A stretch of 64,000 nucleotides of DNA. Origin: a virus. The position numbers and the translations under genes were made by a program. The notes below the pieces were generated by a model. It searched no databases and was not told where the DNA came from. It saw only the letters and a list, made by a program, of their open reading frames with translations. Shown here piece by piece: positions 29,352-39,848 of the stretch; within the stretch, counting starts at the first letter, position 1, and each line of letters starts with the position of its first letter. The DNA is taken from the IMG/VR virus record IMGVR_UViG_3300014208_000033, positions 32,001 through 96,000 of that record; one strand, written 5' to 3'.

Positions 29352-30018
29352 TCTTCACCTTTGTTTTTCCATCTTCTATGTAAAATTGGTGTATCTGTTC
29401 GATTTCATCGATGTACTCAGGCTCATGCGAGATCATGATGATCTGAATATTGAACTGCTCACACAAGTTCTTGAAGAACAGGAAGAAACGAGTTCGTAAA
29501 TCCCTTGAGAGGTTCTTGAGAGGTTCATCCAAGAACAAGATACGTTGGTTCTTAGGACACCTCTGAAGTATCAGGACTCTCATGATAAGGTCAACAACAT
29601 CTTTGAGCCCACCAGCAGTATTCTGAATGGGTATCAGATAATCTTGACCTTCACGATTTTCAATCTTGTAGATGTAAATCTCTTGCTGATTACGATTGAT
29701 CTTTCGGAAGAAGGTGAAGTTCAGATTATCATCTTCAAAGAGCCCCTTCATAATCTCTGAAAGGACCACTTCAATCTTCTTACGAATGCTGAACTGTTCA
29801 TACACAGCAGAGATATCATTGAGAACATTCAATGCTCTACGCTGTAAGTTCTCATTCTTCTCTAAGTCAACTATCTTAGACTTCTTCTTCTCTAATTCAT
29901 CTTGCTTACTCTTCAAGCTCCACTTGCTTGAGTTGTAAATCTCTCGTTTCTTGTTTAACTCCTGCTTCAGAGTTCCGATTGCATCCTGCAACCGTTGGCT
30001 TTCTTCAGAAAATAACAT
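29329..30018 (-). CDS. Rad50/SbcC-like ATPase, C-terminal half
   Basis: Coiled coil followed by TAGG signature, LFLDEP Walker B, ISHE H-loop; no Walker A. Confidence 0.8.
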   Translation of the reverse strand: MLFSEESQRLQDAIGTLKQELNKKREIYNSSKWSLKSKQDELEKKKSKIVDLEKNENLQRRALNVLNDISAVYEQFSIRKKIEVVLSEIMKGLFEDDNLNFTFFRKINRNQQEIYIYKIENREGQDYLIPIQNTAGGLKDVVDLIMRVLILQRCPKNQRILFLDEPLKNLSRDLRTRFFLFFKNLCEQFNIQIIMISHEPEYIDEIEQIHQFYIEDGKTKVKSESRTDS

Positions 30019-30923
30019 CTTTTGAAAGCTCCATTTCCATGATGTACTTCTGAATCTTTTCAAGCTCCTTCTGGAACATCGTAAGAAGGACTAGATTTTT
30101 CGAGTACCTATCACCGTTAATCTTGAACCAATGCATGAAGAAACTAAATCGAGTAAGTGCGATCCTAGCATCATCAGCCTTCTTCAACGCTTCACCAAAG
30201 AAAACCATAGCTTGAAGGAAGTCGTTGTTATTAGTACGTCGATGCTGAACTTTCAGTTCAGTGTTCAGATTAACGCCGCACCAACAGCACTTAATAGTGT
30301 CATCTTCACCAATGAAACAAAGGTGACGAGGATCATAGATCAGATTAACGTTCTTGAACCACTCTTCCTGAGGATTAGAAACAAATCGAACACCCTCTTT
30401 CTTACATCGAGGGCACTCGATATAGTACACGCTAAGGTCAGAGCACTTGTAATCAATACCCATCAGTCACGTCTCCATCCGAAAACATAGCGAAAAGGAA
30501 ACAGAGAACCGTGATAGGCCATGCAATCGTAAAGAAAAGATGCTCCTCGTTGGTCATCTTCTCAAGTTCTTCCATCTTAGTATCAACATAATTGAGATAC
30601 ATATGAGTAACGATGATCATAGTAGCGTACATGAAACAGAAGTAGAACATGTTCTCACTCATTAGATATCTTCACTCTCTTCCTCTAACTCAATGTTAAG
30701 TAAACTCTTCAACTCATTCTCAACGGTTTCAATTGTGTTCTTCAATTCTTCAGTTGAACCGATCTGATACTCGTTATTCAACTCATCAAGAATCTCCTTC
30801 TTATTCTTCTCAAGAGACTTGATCTCCCAAGTAAGCTTTTGCTTCTTCTCACTGAGATCCTTCTGCATCTTGATAATCGACTTAGCCTTATCGATGACGA
30901 GAGTATTCACCCTTCCTCCTTAT

Positions 30924-30952
30924 ATAATACGTATTTACTCTTCAGTTAGCAA
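30924..30952 (-). promoter_or_regulatory. Sigma70-like promoter
   Basis: TTGCTA-17 bp-TATTAT, followed by RBS AAGGAGG. Confidence 0.6.
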
Positions 30953-31819
30953 AGGTTTTTCTGTGTAAAGTTTCTCTAAGTAGTTGAACACATCTTCTTC
31001 GATCTTGTCATCTGACTTAAGTGAGGTTAAGAGCTTATCGAAGTCAAACACCTTGATCTCAAAGTCTTTCAGATTTTTCTTAACGTAGTCAACTAGCGCA
31101 TTCGTTCTCTCTTCCATGTTCATAGGAGACGACTTCTCTTTGAACGGAGAGTCTTGAATGTTCTTAAGCTCGATCATCTCGCAAGAGAGTTTTTCGTCTA
31201 CTGTGATCAGAGCGAAGCATGGCTTACGGTCGATATTCCGCTCAGACCCAATACCCCTTGCGAGAGATCCAGGACTGATGAAGTGTACTCCAGGCTTATA
31301 GGACTTGAAACCCTGAGGCTGATGATAGTGAGATATCAGGTACACATCATTTTTCTCTGAGTGATCAACTAACTCACTATAGAGTTTGTGATCCCATGGA
31401 ACAGATTTCTCTACGACTGTCTCATGCATCAGGATAAAGTTGTAACCACCGATTTTGAGATTAGCTGGATCTTTATAGACTTTCATCAAGCCCATTTTTT
31501 GAAGTGTGAGTAGTCCAGACTTCTCGATAGCTGTATCGTAGTTACCCTTGATAGTATGATTACCTGAGATACAACGGATGATCTTCTGAGTTCCCTTGAG
31601 TGGTTCTAAGACTTTGGCTACTTTGTTTATCAGGTCACAGTTCTGAGTAGGTGAGTCAAAGAAATCACCACCAGAGATCCAGTAGTCGATATCATTCGCT
31701 AAGACGTAATCAACAACTTCCTTGAGCTTAGTGAGCATTGACTCAAGATAGTCATCAGTCCTAATTCGTGGCTGACGATTTGTGATATGCTCGTCAGTGG
31801 TGTAGAGGATTTTTTTCAT
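30935..31819 (-). CDS. Mre11/SbcD-like nuclease
   Basis: TDEH, GGDFFD, GNH, SHYH, SPGSLAR. Confidence 0.85.
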   Translation of the reverse strand: MKKILYTTDEHITNRQPRIRTDDYLESMLTKLKEVVDYVLANDIDYWISGGDFFDSPTQNCDLINKVAKVLEPLKGTQKIIRCISGNHTIKGNYDTAIEKSGLLTLQKMGLMKVYKDPANLKIGGYNFILMHETVVEKSVPWDHKLYSELVDHSEKNDVYLISHYHQPQGFKSYKPGVHFISPGSLARGIGSERNIDRKPCFALITVDEKLSCEMIELKNIQDSPFKEKSSPMNMEERTNALVDYVKKNLKDFEIKVFDFDKLLTSLKSDDKIEEDVFNYLEKLYTEKPLLTEE

Positions 31820-32322
31820 TACCTTTTAAGCCATTCGTTAAACTTACTAAATCTTTCATGATTATGATTTACGAAATTAAATTTGAAATAGTCAATTACG
31901 TCAAAACGTTGTTTATCATACACACACAACCAAAAGGAACTTTCGTCTACAAGATCCGCTTCACACTTAACACCTTCATCGAAAATCTTAGCGATTCTAT
32001 CTCCATCACAACAAAGGTAAACCCCCTTGAGTTTACCCTCATCAAACTTGTAAACAGAGATCATCACCAAGCATCCAGCATTCATCAGGTCAATCATCTT
32101 GGCCTTCTGACCGATAGTGTACTGGTCAGACTTCAAGAACCATGATTGAGTCTTATGAGCAACCTTACCCTCGATATCGAACTTCATCCCAAAGAATGAA
32201 CCTGTGATATCAGGCTCACTCTTCGTGAACATATTACCATGAGTCTTATGACAAATGATCTTATTCTTGAAAGCGTCATTGATACTCTTGACTAAGATAG
32301 CATTACAAGCAGCCTCATTCAT
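31819..32322 (-). CDS. PD-(D/E)xK nuclease (Holliday junction resolvase/VRR-NUC-like)
   Basis: EPDI...DIEGK...Q motif. Confidence 0.6.
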   Translation of the reverse strand: MNEAACNAILVKSINDAFKNKIICHKTHGNMFTKSEPDITGSFFGMKFDIEGKVAHKTQSWFLKSDQYTIGQKAKMIDLMNAGCLVMISVYKFDEGKLKGVYLCCDGDRIAKIFDEGVKCEADLVDESSFWLCVYDKQRFDVIDYFKFNFVNHNHERFSKFNEWLKR

Positions 32323-32728
32323 TGTTACTCCTATAAATGACGTATACTGATAAGATAGATATCAACACTGATAAAACTACAAGAATAACGTAAGGAGAAA
32401 CTGGATCAGATCCAGAGTGAGAGTTCATTAGCATGTATGATATCAATCCTAATCCTCCAACTAATACACCAAGTAGAAAAGCAATAACAAAAATAAATAG
32501 ATAAACCCACTTAGGAGTTGTCATCTTTCTTCCCTTCTTCCTTACTGGCAAGCATCTGCTTCTTCCTAGTTGAAACAGCTTTCATAATGAGGTCAACACA
32601 CTCAATACAGATTTCAATCTTTGAATAACCGACTTTTCGCTCGACACTAGCAACTATCTCCTCAGGCTCAACAACCTCTTCACAAAAAGTACACTGTCTG
32701 ATTTTGTTTCTCTTAACGCTGATCATTG

Positions 32729-34207
32729 TCATACGAAATCCAACCCTTCACTATCATCTTCCTTAGAGTTTCTAGGAACCTCGATGAGTCTCATGATATC
32801 AAGTCTGTTCTCAAGATTTATGAAGTCACCTTCAAAGCTTCGTCCTTTAACGAGGATAAGCCTCTTTCTCTTTTTGCTAAGAGTTGTAATAGCGAAGCAG
32901 GCGTCCATGTGATCGGGAATCTTGTCTGAATCTCTGAAGTGCCGTGGGGATATGTTTCGTAATTCACCATCAGCATCTCTATTAAGTTGGCAGAGTAAGA
33001 AGCCGGGTATGTTATACTCTTTGACGATTTCATGAAACTCCTTACTGATGTTAGACGCTGCATCTTCCTTCTTCAGCATAGCAGGATATTTCATGATGTT
33101 GAGATTATCTACCACCAGAAGAAAGTTGTTTCCCCACCTACGGTAGAACTGCCTAACGTAATACCTCAACTCAGAAAGATTAAGTGACGGCTTATCGATG
33201 ATCTTAAACTCGTTCTTCCGCTTCTTTCGTGATACCTTAACGAGCTTAGATACGAATTCGTCTTTCTCTTCCTGTGAAGCCCAGTTACCTTTAAGAACTT
33301 TCCCGAAGCTAGTTTCAGTTCGTGCAGCGTCAAGTCTAGCTTCAAGTTCCTTATTGGGCATCTCAAGGTTGAAATGAAGTATGTTCATCTCAGAGTTATC
33401 AAAAGCGTAAACTTCTTCCTGCAACGCAAAAGCCGTTTTCCCTTGCGCTGTTCGTCCTGCAAGACAATAAGCTCTGCCTCTGGTCCATCCATCGGTCCAA
33501 GCATTGAGAGTAGGAAGAGTGAACGGAACCCCCATGACTTTTTCCGAATTTTCGGACTTGAGATCATAGACTTGGTTATAATACTCAACACGCTCTTTGG
33601 TGTTAGACTCATAGCCAACTATGATGATCTTCTGGTCGTCCCTGAGGAGACTTCTAAGAACTTCTTCCTCTTCCTCGCGCCATATCATTATGAACTCGAC
33701 CATATCTTTGCCGAGTTTTCTAGCTTTAAGACATTCTCTCCTGACCATACACTCTTCACAGTCAGCCGTCTTAGTCTCAACCGTGAAGCATTTGTTCTTT
33801 GCCATCAAGTATTCTTTCTTCGACATTTTCATTCTAGCTCGAAGAATGTAATCATTGACGGCACACTTCAGTTCAGTCTTCCAGGTATCGAAATACTCAT
33901 CGTCTGAGTTCTCATCGTAAAGCTTCTTAGCCTTGTCGTAGACCTGGAAGTATATCTGAACCTTTGGGTTATCGTAGACGGTATCAGGATCTAGGTTATG
34001 GAGATGCGATATCATCTCCTTATAGCGAATGAAAGTGATGACTCTGTTCTCAAGCTCATAGACTTTCTTCAGTATGTAAACGATGTTCATTAGAGCTTTA
34101 TTGTTAGAAAGTAAACTAAGTGGAAAATCTGTTCTCGTCATGAAATAATTGAGAGCGTTGACGTTGAAGAACAGACCACCTAGAATAAAGTACAGTCTGT
34201 CTTGCAT
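32729..34207 (-). CDS. DnaB-like replicative helicase
   Basis: GRTAQGKT, NLEM, VVDNL, QLNR, KGR. Confidence 0.9.
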   Translation of the reverse strand: MQDRLYFILGGLFFNVNALNYFMTRTDFPLSLLSNNKALMNIVYILKKVYELENRVITFIRYKEMISHLHNLDPDTVYDNPKVQIYFQVYDKAKKLYDENSDDEYFDTWKTELKCAVNDYILRARMKMSKKEYLMAKNKCFTVETKTADCEECMVRRECLKARKLGKDMVEFIMIWREEEEEVLRSLLRDDQKIIIVGYESNTKERVEYYNQVYDLKSENSEKVMGVPFTLPTLNAWTDGWTRGRAYCLAGRTAQGKTAFALQEEVYAFDNSEMNILHFNLEMPNKELEARLDAARTETSFGKVLKGNWASQEEKDEFVSKLVKVSRKKRKNEFKIIDKPSLNLSELRYYVRQFYRRWGNNFLLVVDNLNIMKYPAMLKKEDAASNISKEFHEIVKEYNIPGFLLCQLNRDADGELRNISPRHFRDSDKIPDHMDACFAITTLSKKRKRLILVKGRSFEGDFINLENRLDIMRLIEVPRNSKEDDSEGLDFV

Positions 34208-34210
34208 CCT

Positions 34211-35317
34211 TTATCCATTCATACTGTTCACGTTTACCTTTATGCAAACCTTACCGTAATACTTCGGTTCCCCTTCAGCTATGAATATATCGAACTCACT
34301 AAGCCACACACCTAACAGCACTTTGTCTTTCTTGTCCTTATCCTGACAAATCCATCTGGACACAATTCGGTTAGGAGTAACCCCAGGCTTATCAGACTTT
34401 CGAGGTATCCACCCTATCTGTATCCACTTATCTTTCTTCGGAAGATGCAACTCAATCGCAACAGCATTCGGATCTTCATCACCCTCAGACTTAAACGGCT
34501 TATGAGTGAGTCTGATCTTCGCCTCACTCACCTTTGCGTAGTTGTTCTTCAGATGCTTGTGGATCTTACCAGTGAGTTCACTCATGTTGATCCCAGCAAT
34601 GCGAAACTCAAATATCGCTTCACCGTCTACATCTTCATGAAGTCCCATGATTTGTGTTCCCTTAGGTCTGAGTGTCAACTCTTTCAGACCTGCATTAGCA
34701 GAGAACAAACTCTGATTCTCTGCTCTATTGTATAATACGGATCTACCATAGCTATTAGTAAACGATTTCTTTGACTTGGTAAGGTAGATGTGAAGCATCT
34801 GATCTGAACACTCAGACTCAAATGTTAGTGCCTTCTCAAGTGTAAGACCAAATCTCTCAGCGTAAGTCCAATAGAGAAGCGGATAGTCAAACGAGTAAGC
34901 ATTAACTGGCCTGATAGGTGTGATGACTATCAAATGATCTCTGCACACTCTAACACTTTGCTCGAATAGATCACTGATGATTTTGTAATGAGCGAGCAAG
35001 TCTTTGTTAGGAACATCAGCAATATCAACTATCATATTCTGCATTGCTTTGTTAGCGTAGTCTTTGATAGCTTCAACTTGATCTTCTGCATAAGAGATCA
35101 CTTGAAGCTTAGTCTCATTTTGCTTACACTCTATCTTGTAAGCTTTCAATGGTGAGCTATCAAGTGAACTGATACCAACAATAGGAAGCCCCATGTTGGT
35201 AAACTCTCTGAGGATAGAACCTTTGTTAGTGAATGGGTTTAAGTTGTTCTCACTTCCATGAACAAACCCCTTGATCACTTCAAATATCGTCACTACTCGT
35301 GTCATGGTTAGCCTCAA
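34211..35317 (-). CDS. Protein with C-terminal HIRAN-like domain
   Basis: DEDPNAVAI...QIGWIPR. Confidence 0.55.
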   Translation of the reverse strand: MRLTMTRVVTIFEVIKGFVHGSENNLNPFTNKGSILREFTNMGLPIVGISSLDSSPLKAYKIECKQNETKLQVISYAEDQVEAIKDYANKAMQNMIVDIADVPNKDLLAHYKIISDLFEQSVRVCRDHLIVITPIRPVNAYSFDYPLLYWTYAERFGLTLEKALTFESECSDQMLHIYLTKSKKSFTNSYGRSVLYNRAENQSLFSANAGLKELTLRPKGTQIMGLHEDVDGEAIFEFRIAGINMSELTGKIHKHLKNNYAKVSEAKIRLTHKPFKSEGDEDPNAVAIELHLPKKDKWIQIGWIPRKSDKPGVTPNRIVSRWICQDKDKKDKVLLGVWLSEFDIFIAEGEPKYYGKVCIKVNVNSMNG

Positions 35318-36509
35318 AGAATTTCTTGCAGCCTTCTGCTATTGGTTCACCAGAGTAAGGACAAAGTTCCATCTTGGACTTAGAGATAATCTCTTTGCAG
35401 TTCTCTTCTTCTTTGGTGATATCAGTAAGTGAAATCCTAAGTGAACTAATCTTAGAGTCAAGTGAAAGCACTTTCTTGTATGACAACATCATCTTAGTGT
35501 GCTTCTCAAGTAACTCTTGTGCTGCTGGAATATCCTGGCACTTAGGTAACTCAGAAAGCTGAACTTTGAAGTCCTTGAGAGGCTTAATGACTTTCTTGAG
35601 TCTAATCACATAACCATTAAGCTTCTCAAACTTCTCAATCAGTGGAAGTATCTCATCGACTGATACTTCCTTCTTTTCAATTGAGTCAACCTCAAGTTTC
35701 TTTGCTTTGATTTCCTTCTCGTCTTTGTCTAAGACGACACACTTCTTAACCATTGCAAGATACTTGATCATCAACTCATCAGCATGCTTGAAAGTATCTT
35801 CAGTCTGAACATAGTCTTTCTCTATACCAGCGAAAGACTTCTCCTGATTATCAACTTCACTTGCAAGCAACTTACATTCATCAACATGAATGTTCAGTGT
35901 TCTCTTAGTCTTGAGGATATCTTTCCTGATGAACCTATTCAGTTCATCAACTATATCATTACCTTCAAGGATAGAAAACACTTGATTGAGTTCAGCGGGA
36001 GACAACTGCTCAAAGATGAAATCTTCATGCTGGCCTCGGAAGCCTGGGATAACCAACTTACCATCTTGAAGTTCCAATAAGAAGAGAGGAAAAAGTTTCT
36101 TGATATCATCTGGAAGAGATGAATAACCCTTACCTAACTTCTCATTAGGAACACCGTCGATGATGTACTGGTCATTAGACTTCTTACGCTTGATCTCAAT
36201 CTTCTTAGACTGGCACTTAGGGCAATGAGCAAACTGCTGCTTATCCTCATACTGACAGAGTAAGCAGTAATACTTAACCTCATCTGAACGCTTACGTTCG
36301 ATTACATTCTCAGAAGTCTCGATCTTGATAGACGAATCTTCCTCATTGTAACGTGTACCAATTGGCTTGAAGAAAAAGAAAGACTGAAGTGCTCTGAATA
36401 AGGCACTCTTACCAGTGTCAGAAGAACCAACGATAGCATTAGTATTTTGGAGATTGATCTTAGTAAGTTGATGAGACTCTATATTCTTGAGAACTAACTT
36501 CTTAATCAT
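35280..36509 (-). CDS. Rad50/SbcC-like ATPase, N-terminal half
   Basis: IKKLVLKNIESH, GSSDTGKSALFRAL Walker A, Q-loop, coiled coil ending CPYSG. Confidence 0.85.
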   Translation of the reverse strand: MIKKLVLKNIESHQLTKINLQNTNAIVGSSDTGKSALFRALQSFFFFKPIGTRYNEEDSSIKIETSENVIERKRSDEVKYYCLLCQYEDKQQFAHCPKCQSKKIEIKRKKSNDQYIIDGVPNEKLGKGYSSLPDDIKKLFPLFLLELQDGKLVIPGFRGQHEDFIFEQLSPAELNQVFSILEGNDIVDELNRFIRKDILKTKRTLNIHVDECKLLASEVDNQEKSFAGIEKDYVQTEDTFKHADELMIKYLAMVKKCVVLDKDEKEIKAKKLEVDSIEKKEVSVDEILPLIEKFEKLNGYVIRLKKVIKPLKDFKVQLSELPKCQDIPAAQELLEKHTKMMLSYKKVLSLDSKISSLRISLTDITKEEENCKEIISKSKMELCPYSGEPIAEGCKKFFEANHDTSSDDI

Positions 36510-37615
36510 TCATCAAACTCCGAGTTAAAGATTTCAGGGTCAGCGTTGAGCTTATCGATGAAACTCTGCTTCTCTTTATCGATGATCAACGTCGTGAGCT
36601 TTGACCAGATTTTACTACCTGCACCTGTAATCCAAGCGATAAGTTCCTTCTTATTCTTCGCAACAGTTCGGGACTTCTCACCCTTACCGACTCGATAAGA
36701 TTTCTGAGTACCATTCTTATCAACATGAAGTAACCCGAATTCTCTAGCCTTAATGAGATACCACTTGTAAGGGGAAATACCTCGACGGAAGTAGAATGAA
36801 AGACCTTCGATAGAAGCCATAGATGAAACAGTTGACTTAGGTATCTTGATCAAAAGGATACGACCAAGATCCTTTGTAATACCGTTCTCAGTCTTAGTGA
36901 TCTTCTTACGGGGATAGATGAACCACCTAGTTGAAGCGAAGAACCTAATCGTCTCACCTGAGGTAGTTTCATAGATAGGGTATTTGTTCATGACTTTACC
37001 CTTTTCCTTCAGATGATCGATGCAAATGATTGACTTCTTATTCTCAGCAACACGATTAACAATGCTCCTGAGAATACGATCAATCAAACCAGCCTGGGCG
37101 CGTTGACGCTCATTCTGGTCTATATTCTGCTCAATAGTAGCCTTAGGTATGATGGCCTTGAGACTATCAATTACCGTGATGATAACATCAGGATCGTCAA
37201 CATAGTTAGAGATAGTTGTCCCACCATCTTCACCGTTGGTAGGACGAGCATAGAGTATCCTTGAAGGATTCACATTATAGAGCTTACAGAAATATCTAAT
37301 CATCCTAAGCTGAACACGACCCTCAAAGTCAGAGAAATATGCTTTGAAGTTCTCGGCTAACTTAGAAAGAGCAAACACTACCATTTGACTAACAAGAGTT
37401 GTCTTACCAACACCGGAAGGACCGGCGATATGCATTATGGCGCCAAGAGGAATACCACCAACAGAAGAATCTATCTCACCGATACCAGTAGGAAGAAACT
37501 CTTGATCTTCATCGATCTGATCTAATGACTGAACCTTAGTCTCTCCTCTGGATTTCTTTCCAGTTTTCTCTAAGAGTTCTTCAGTGGAATCTTCATCCTC
37601 AAGAATCTCTGACAT
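36506..37615 (-). CDS. RecA/UvsX-like recombinase
   Basis: PTG..ID...GGIP, GPSGVGKTT, DFEG, VIDSL, FFASTR. Confidence 0.9.
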   Translation of the reverse strand: MSEILEDEDSTEELLEKTGKKSRGETKVQSLDQIDEDQEFLPTGIGEIDSSVGGIPLGAIMHIAGPSGVGKTTLVSQMVVFALSKLAENFKAYFSDFEGRVQLRMIRYFCKLYNVNPSRILYARPTNGEDGGTTISNYVDDPDVIITVIDSLKAIIPKATIEQNIDQNERQRAQAGLIDRILRSIVNRVAENKKSIICIDHLKEKGKVMNKYPIYETTSGETIRFFASTRWFIYPRKKITKTENGITKDLGRILLIKIPKSTVSSMASIEGLSFYFRRGISPYKWYLIKAREFGLLHVDKNGTQKSYRVGKGEKSRTVAKNKKELIAWITGAGSKIWSKLTTLIIDKEKQSFIDKLNADPEIFNSEFDE

Positions 37616-37684
37616 GAAAAAACCCCTTAATGGAAAGCCCCCCATGGTAGGTTTTTGATTTCCCACCATGAGGGGCTGATTAGA

Positions 37685-37870
37685 TTAAACTAACGTCCTA
37701 ACAGCACAGTCCTTAGCCTCAAGCAACTTACGCAAAGCGGCAGTTCGCTCAGGTCCATCGGGAAGAGTGTTGACAATGAAATTAGCTAAGTCACAGAAAG
37801 GCTTAGAGACAGCCTGGAGATGAACAGGAAGATGCTCGTACTTGAAATACTTGATGATATCAGAACCCAT
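37685..37870 (-). CDS. Small helical-hairpin protein, Acb2/Tad1-hairpin-like
   Basis: FKYEHLP...LPDGPERTAALRKLLEAKDCAVR pattern; RBS AAGGAG. Confidence 0.5.
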   Translation of the reverse strand: MGSDIIKYFKYEHLPVHLQAVSKPFCDLANFIVNTLPDGPERTAALRKLLEAKDCAVRTLV

Positions 37871-37917
37871 TTGTTACTCCTTAGAGATCATCTGTTTGAT
37901 TCAGATAACTCATTTCC

Positions 37918-39330
37918 TCAAAACGGAATGTCATCATCACCACTATCATCGTCATCAGACTCAGAATTAAGCTCCTCGTCCAAGTCATCGCTCTTAGCCT
38001 TCTTCTTAGGTTTGTCAGTCTTCGATTTCTTGGGAGCCTCATCCTCGTCGTCATCAGACTCTTCTGCCTTAGCAGGCTTCTTAGAAGGCTTCGGCTTCTC
38101 CTCTTCATCATCACTGGTCAACTCATCATCGTCATCCTTCTGAGCAGCCTTCTTCTCGGACTTCTTAGCAGGCTTCTTCTCATCCTCATCATCATCGAGG
38201 TCAAGGTCGTCATCATCAGACGACTTAACTTCCTTCACGTCCTCATCGTCAGTATCACTATCTTCCTTGGCGGGCTTCTTCGGCTTCTTAGGAGGGCTTT
38301 TCTCTTCCGAATTTTCGGAATCAACTACCTCGCCGTCGTCATCCCCAGGAGCCTCTTCCTTATCGACGCCAAGAACACGATACTGATCCTCAACAGTGAT
38401 AGGACCATAGAAGTAATTCAGATCAGGAATGAGATTATTCTTCTGACACTCAAGCAGGAAAGCATGATTAGCCTTAGCCTGCTTGAGAAGCTTCTCCATC
38501 TTCAGCTTCTTCTCATCAGAAAGCTCCTCAGGGATCTTGAACGGGAGAATCGGGAAGTCCTTATCCTTAGTCACAGCCCAATTCTGGTTAATCCCCTTAC
38601 CCGACTTCTGAACATTAACCACAAATCCCTTGCGAGGATGCCAGAACAAAGGATACTTAGCAGGACACTCCTTCAGCCACTTCTCCTTAATTGCATCCTC
38701 GCTCAAACCAGCAAACTCAGGCTCGTCTGCATGCTCCTCACAATACTCCGCAAAGGGAGTCGCGCGCTCCTGCATGAAGTTAGCGAAACTCTTCTGCCAG
38801 AAGAAATCAGAAATCTGGAACATCTCAAGCACTCGCTCGAATCCAGTCTCTTCCTTCTTCTTATAAAGAGCAACACCAATAAACCCAACCACCTTGCGAG
38901 CCTTAGCGGCCAGCGCATTCTTTGAAATCTTATTGGCAAGCTCCTCGTTACCATCAGCCTTAGCCTCATTGAACTTATCCCACCAAGGCTTGAGACGCTT
39001 GCAAACAAGACACTTATCATCACCAGTACACTGAATAGAATACTGACGAGTATGAGGGAACAGACCACCAGTCTTAGAACCCTTCATAGGACCGATAAAA
39101 CTATGGATCTTCTGAATCTTCGGAGGAGGAATATAAAGACCGTTGAATGAACCGGAGTTATCCTTAGGAATGCAAGCGATATAAACTAAGTGAGAAGTGC
39201 TCTCACCGTCACGACCCCAAGCATGCCTAACAGCCTTAACGTAATCCATCTTCTTACCCTGACCGCTGCTCTTGCTAGCGTCGAGAAACTCTTCCTCTTC
39301 CTTGGTCAGAGTGTAGTCGCCCTTACCCAT
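37918..39330 (-). CDS. Single-stranded DNA-binding protein with a long acidic/Lys tail
   Basis: Zn motif (C...CLVC), KSGKGINQNW strand, ends DDDIPF. Confidence 0.7.
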   Translation of the reverse strand: MGKGDYTLTKEEEEFLDASKSSGQGKKMDYVKAVRHAWGRDGESTSHLVYIACIPKDNSGSFNGLYIPPPKIQKIHSFIGPMKGSKTGGLFPHTRQYSIQCTGDDKCLVCKRLKPWWDKFNEAKADGNEELANKISKNALAAKARKVVGFIGVALYKKKEETGFERVLEMFQISDFFWQKSFANFMQERATPFAEYCEEHADEPEFAGLSEDAIKEKWLKECPAKYPLFWHPRKGFVVNVQKSGKGINQNWAVTKDKDFPILPFKIPEELSDEKKLKMEKLLKQAKANHAFLLECQKNNLIPDLNYFYGPITVEDQYRVLGVDKEEAPGDDDGEVVDSENSEEKSPPKKPKKPAKEDSDTDDEDVKEVKSSDDDDLDLDDDEDEKKPAKKSEKKAAQKDDDDELTSDDEEEKPKPSKKPAKAEESDDDEDEAPKKSKTDKPKKKAKSDDLDEELNSESDDDDSGDDDIPF

Positions 39331-39344
39331 TGATCATTTCCTTT

Positions 39345-39848
39345 CTACATCTTGACGTGAGTACGGTTGATGATGTTCTCATAGGACTTCAATACGTCTG
39401 GCATCTTCGTGATCGGCCAGAAAATCGTGTTCTCTACAAGCTTATAATAGTAATCCCACCTTGCTATTATCAACTTTATCTTCTTATGATCATTATTAGC
39501 GTATAACTCTGCTTTTACATCAGACTCCTTTAATTCATCAACTATTGTTGGCTGCTTCTCTTTCCTAAGCTTCATCTGAGTCTTGATAGTATCCTTAAGT
39601 CTAGCCTTTATCTGAATCTGTTCATTAGCCTTCCAGCTATCGAATTCTATCTCGAAGTTGTTCTTCATCTTGTAGATGTAAGCTAAGACCTTACCCCAAT
39701 CAGAAGACTTCTTTACGATAGTCGATAGCTGTTTCATGATGTTGGTCGGATCAACATTAAGGATGAGAGAGTCTTTATCTAACTCTTTCAGCTTCTCATT
39801 AAGCTTCTTCCTTAATGCTGGTTCCTTAGTGAAAATCTCAGGTATCAT
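39345..39848 (-). CDS. UvsY-like recombination mediator (putative)
   Basis: Helical 167-aa protein between polB and ssb. Confidence 0.4.
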   Translation of the reverse strand: MIPEIFTKEPALRKKLNEKLKELDKDSLILNVDPTNIMKQLSTIVKKSSDWGKVLAYIYKMKNNFEIEFDSWKANEQIQIKARLKDTIKTQMKLRKEKQPTIVDELKESDVKAELYANNDHKKIKLIIARWDYYYKLVENTIFWPITKMPDVLKSYENIINRTHVKM

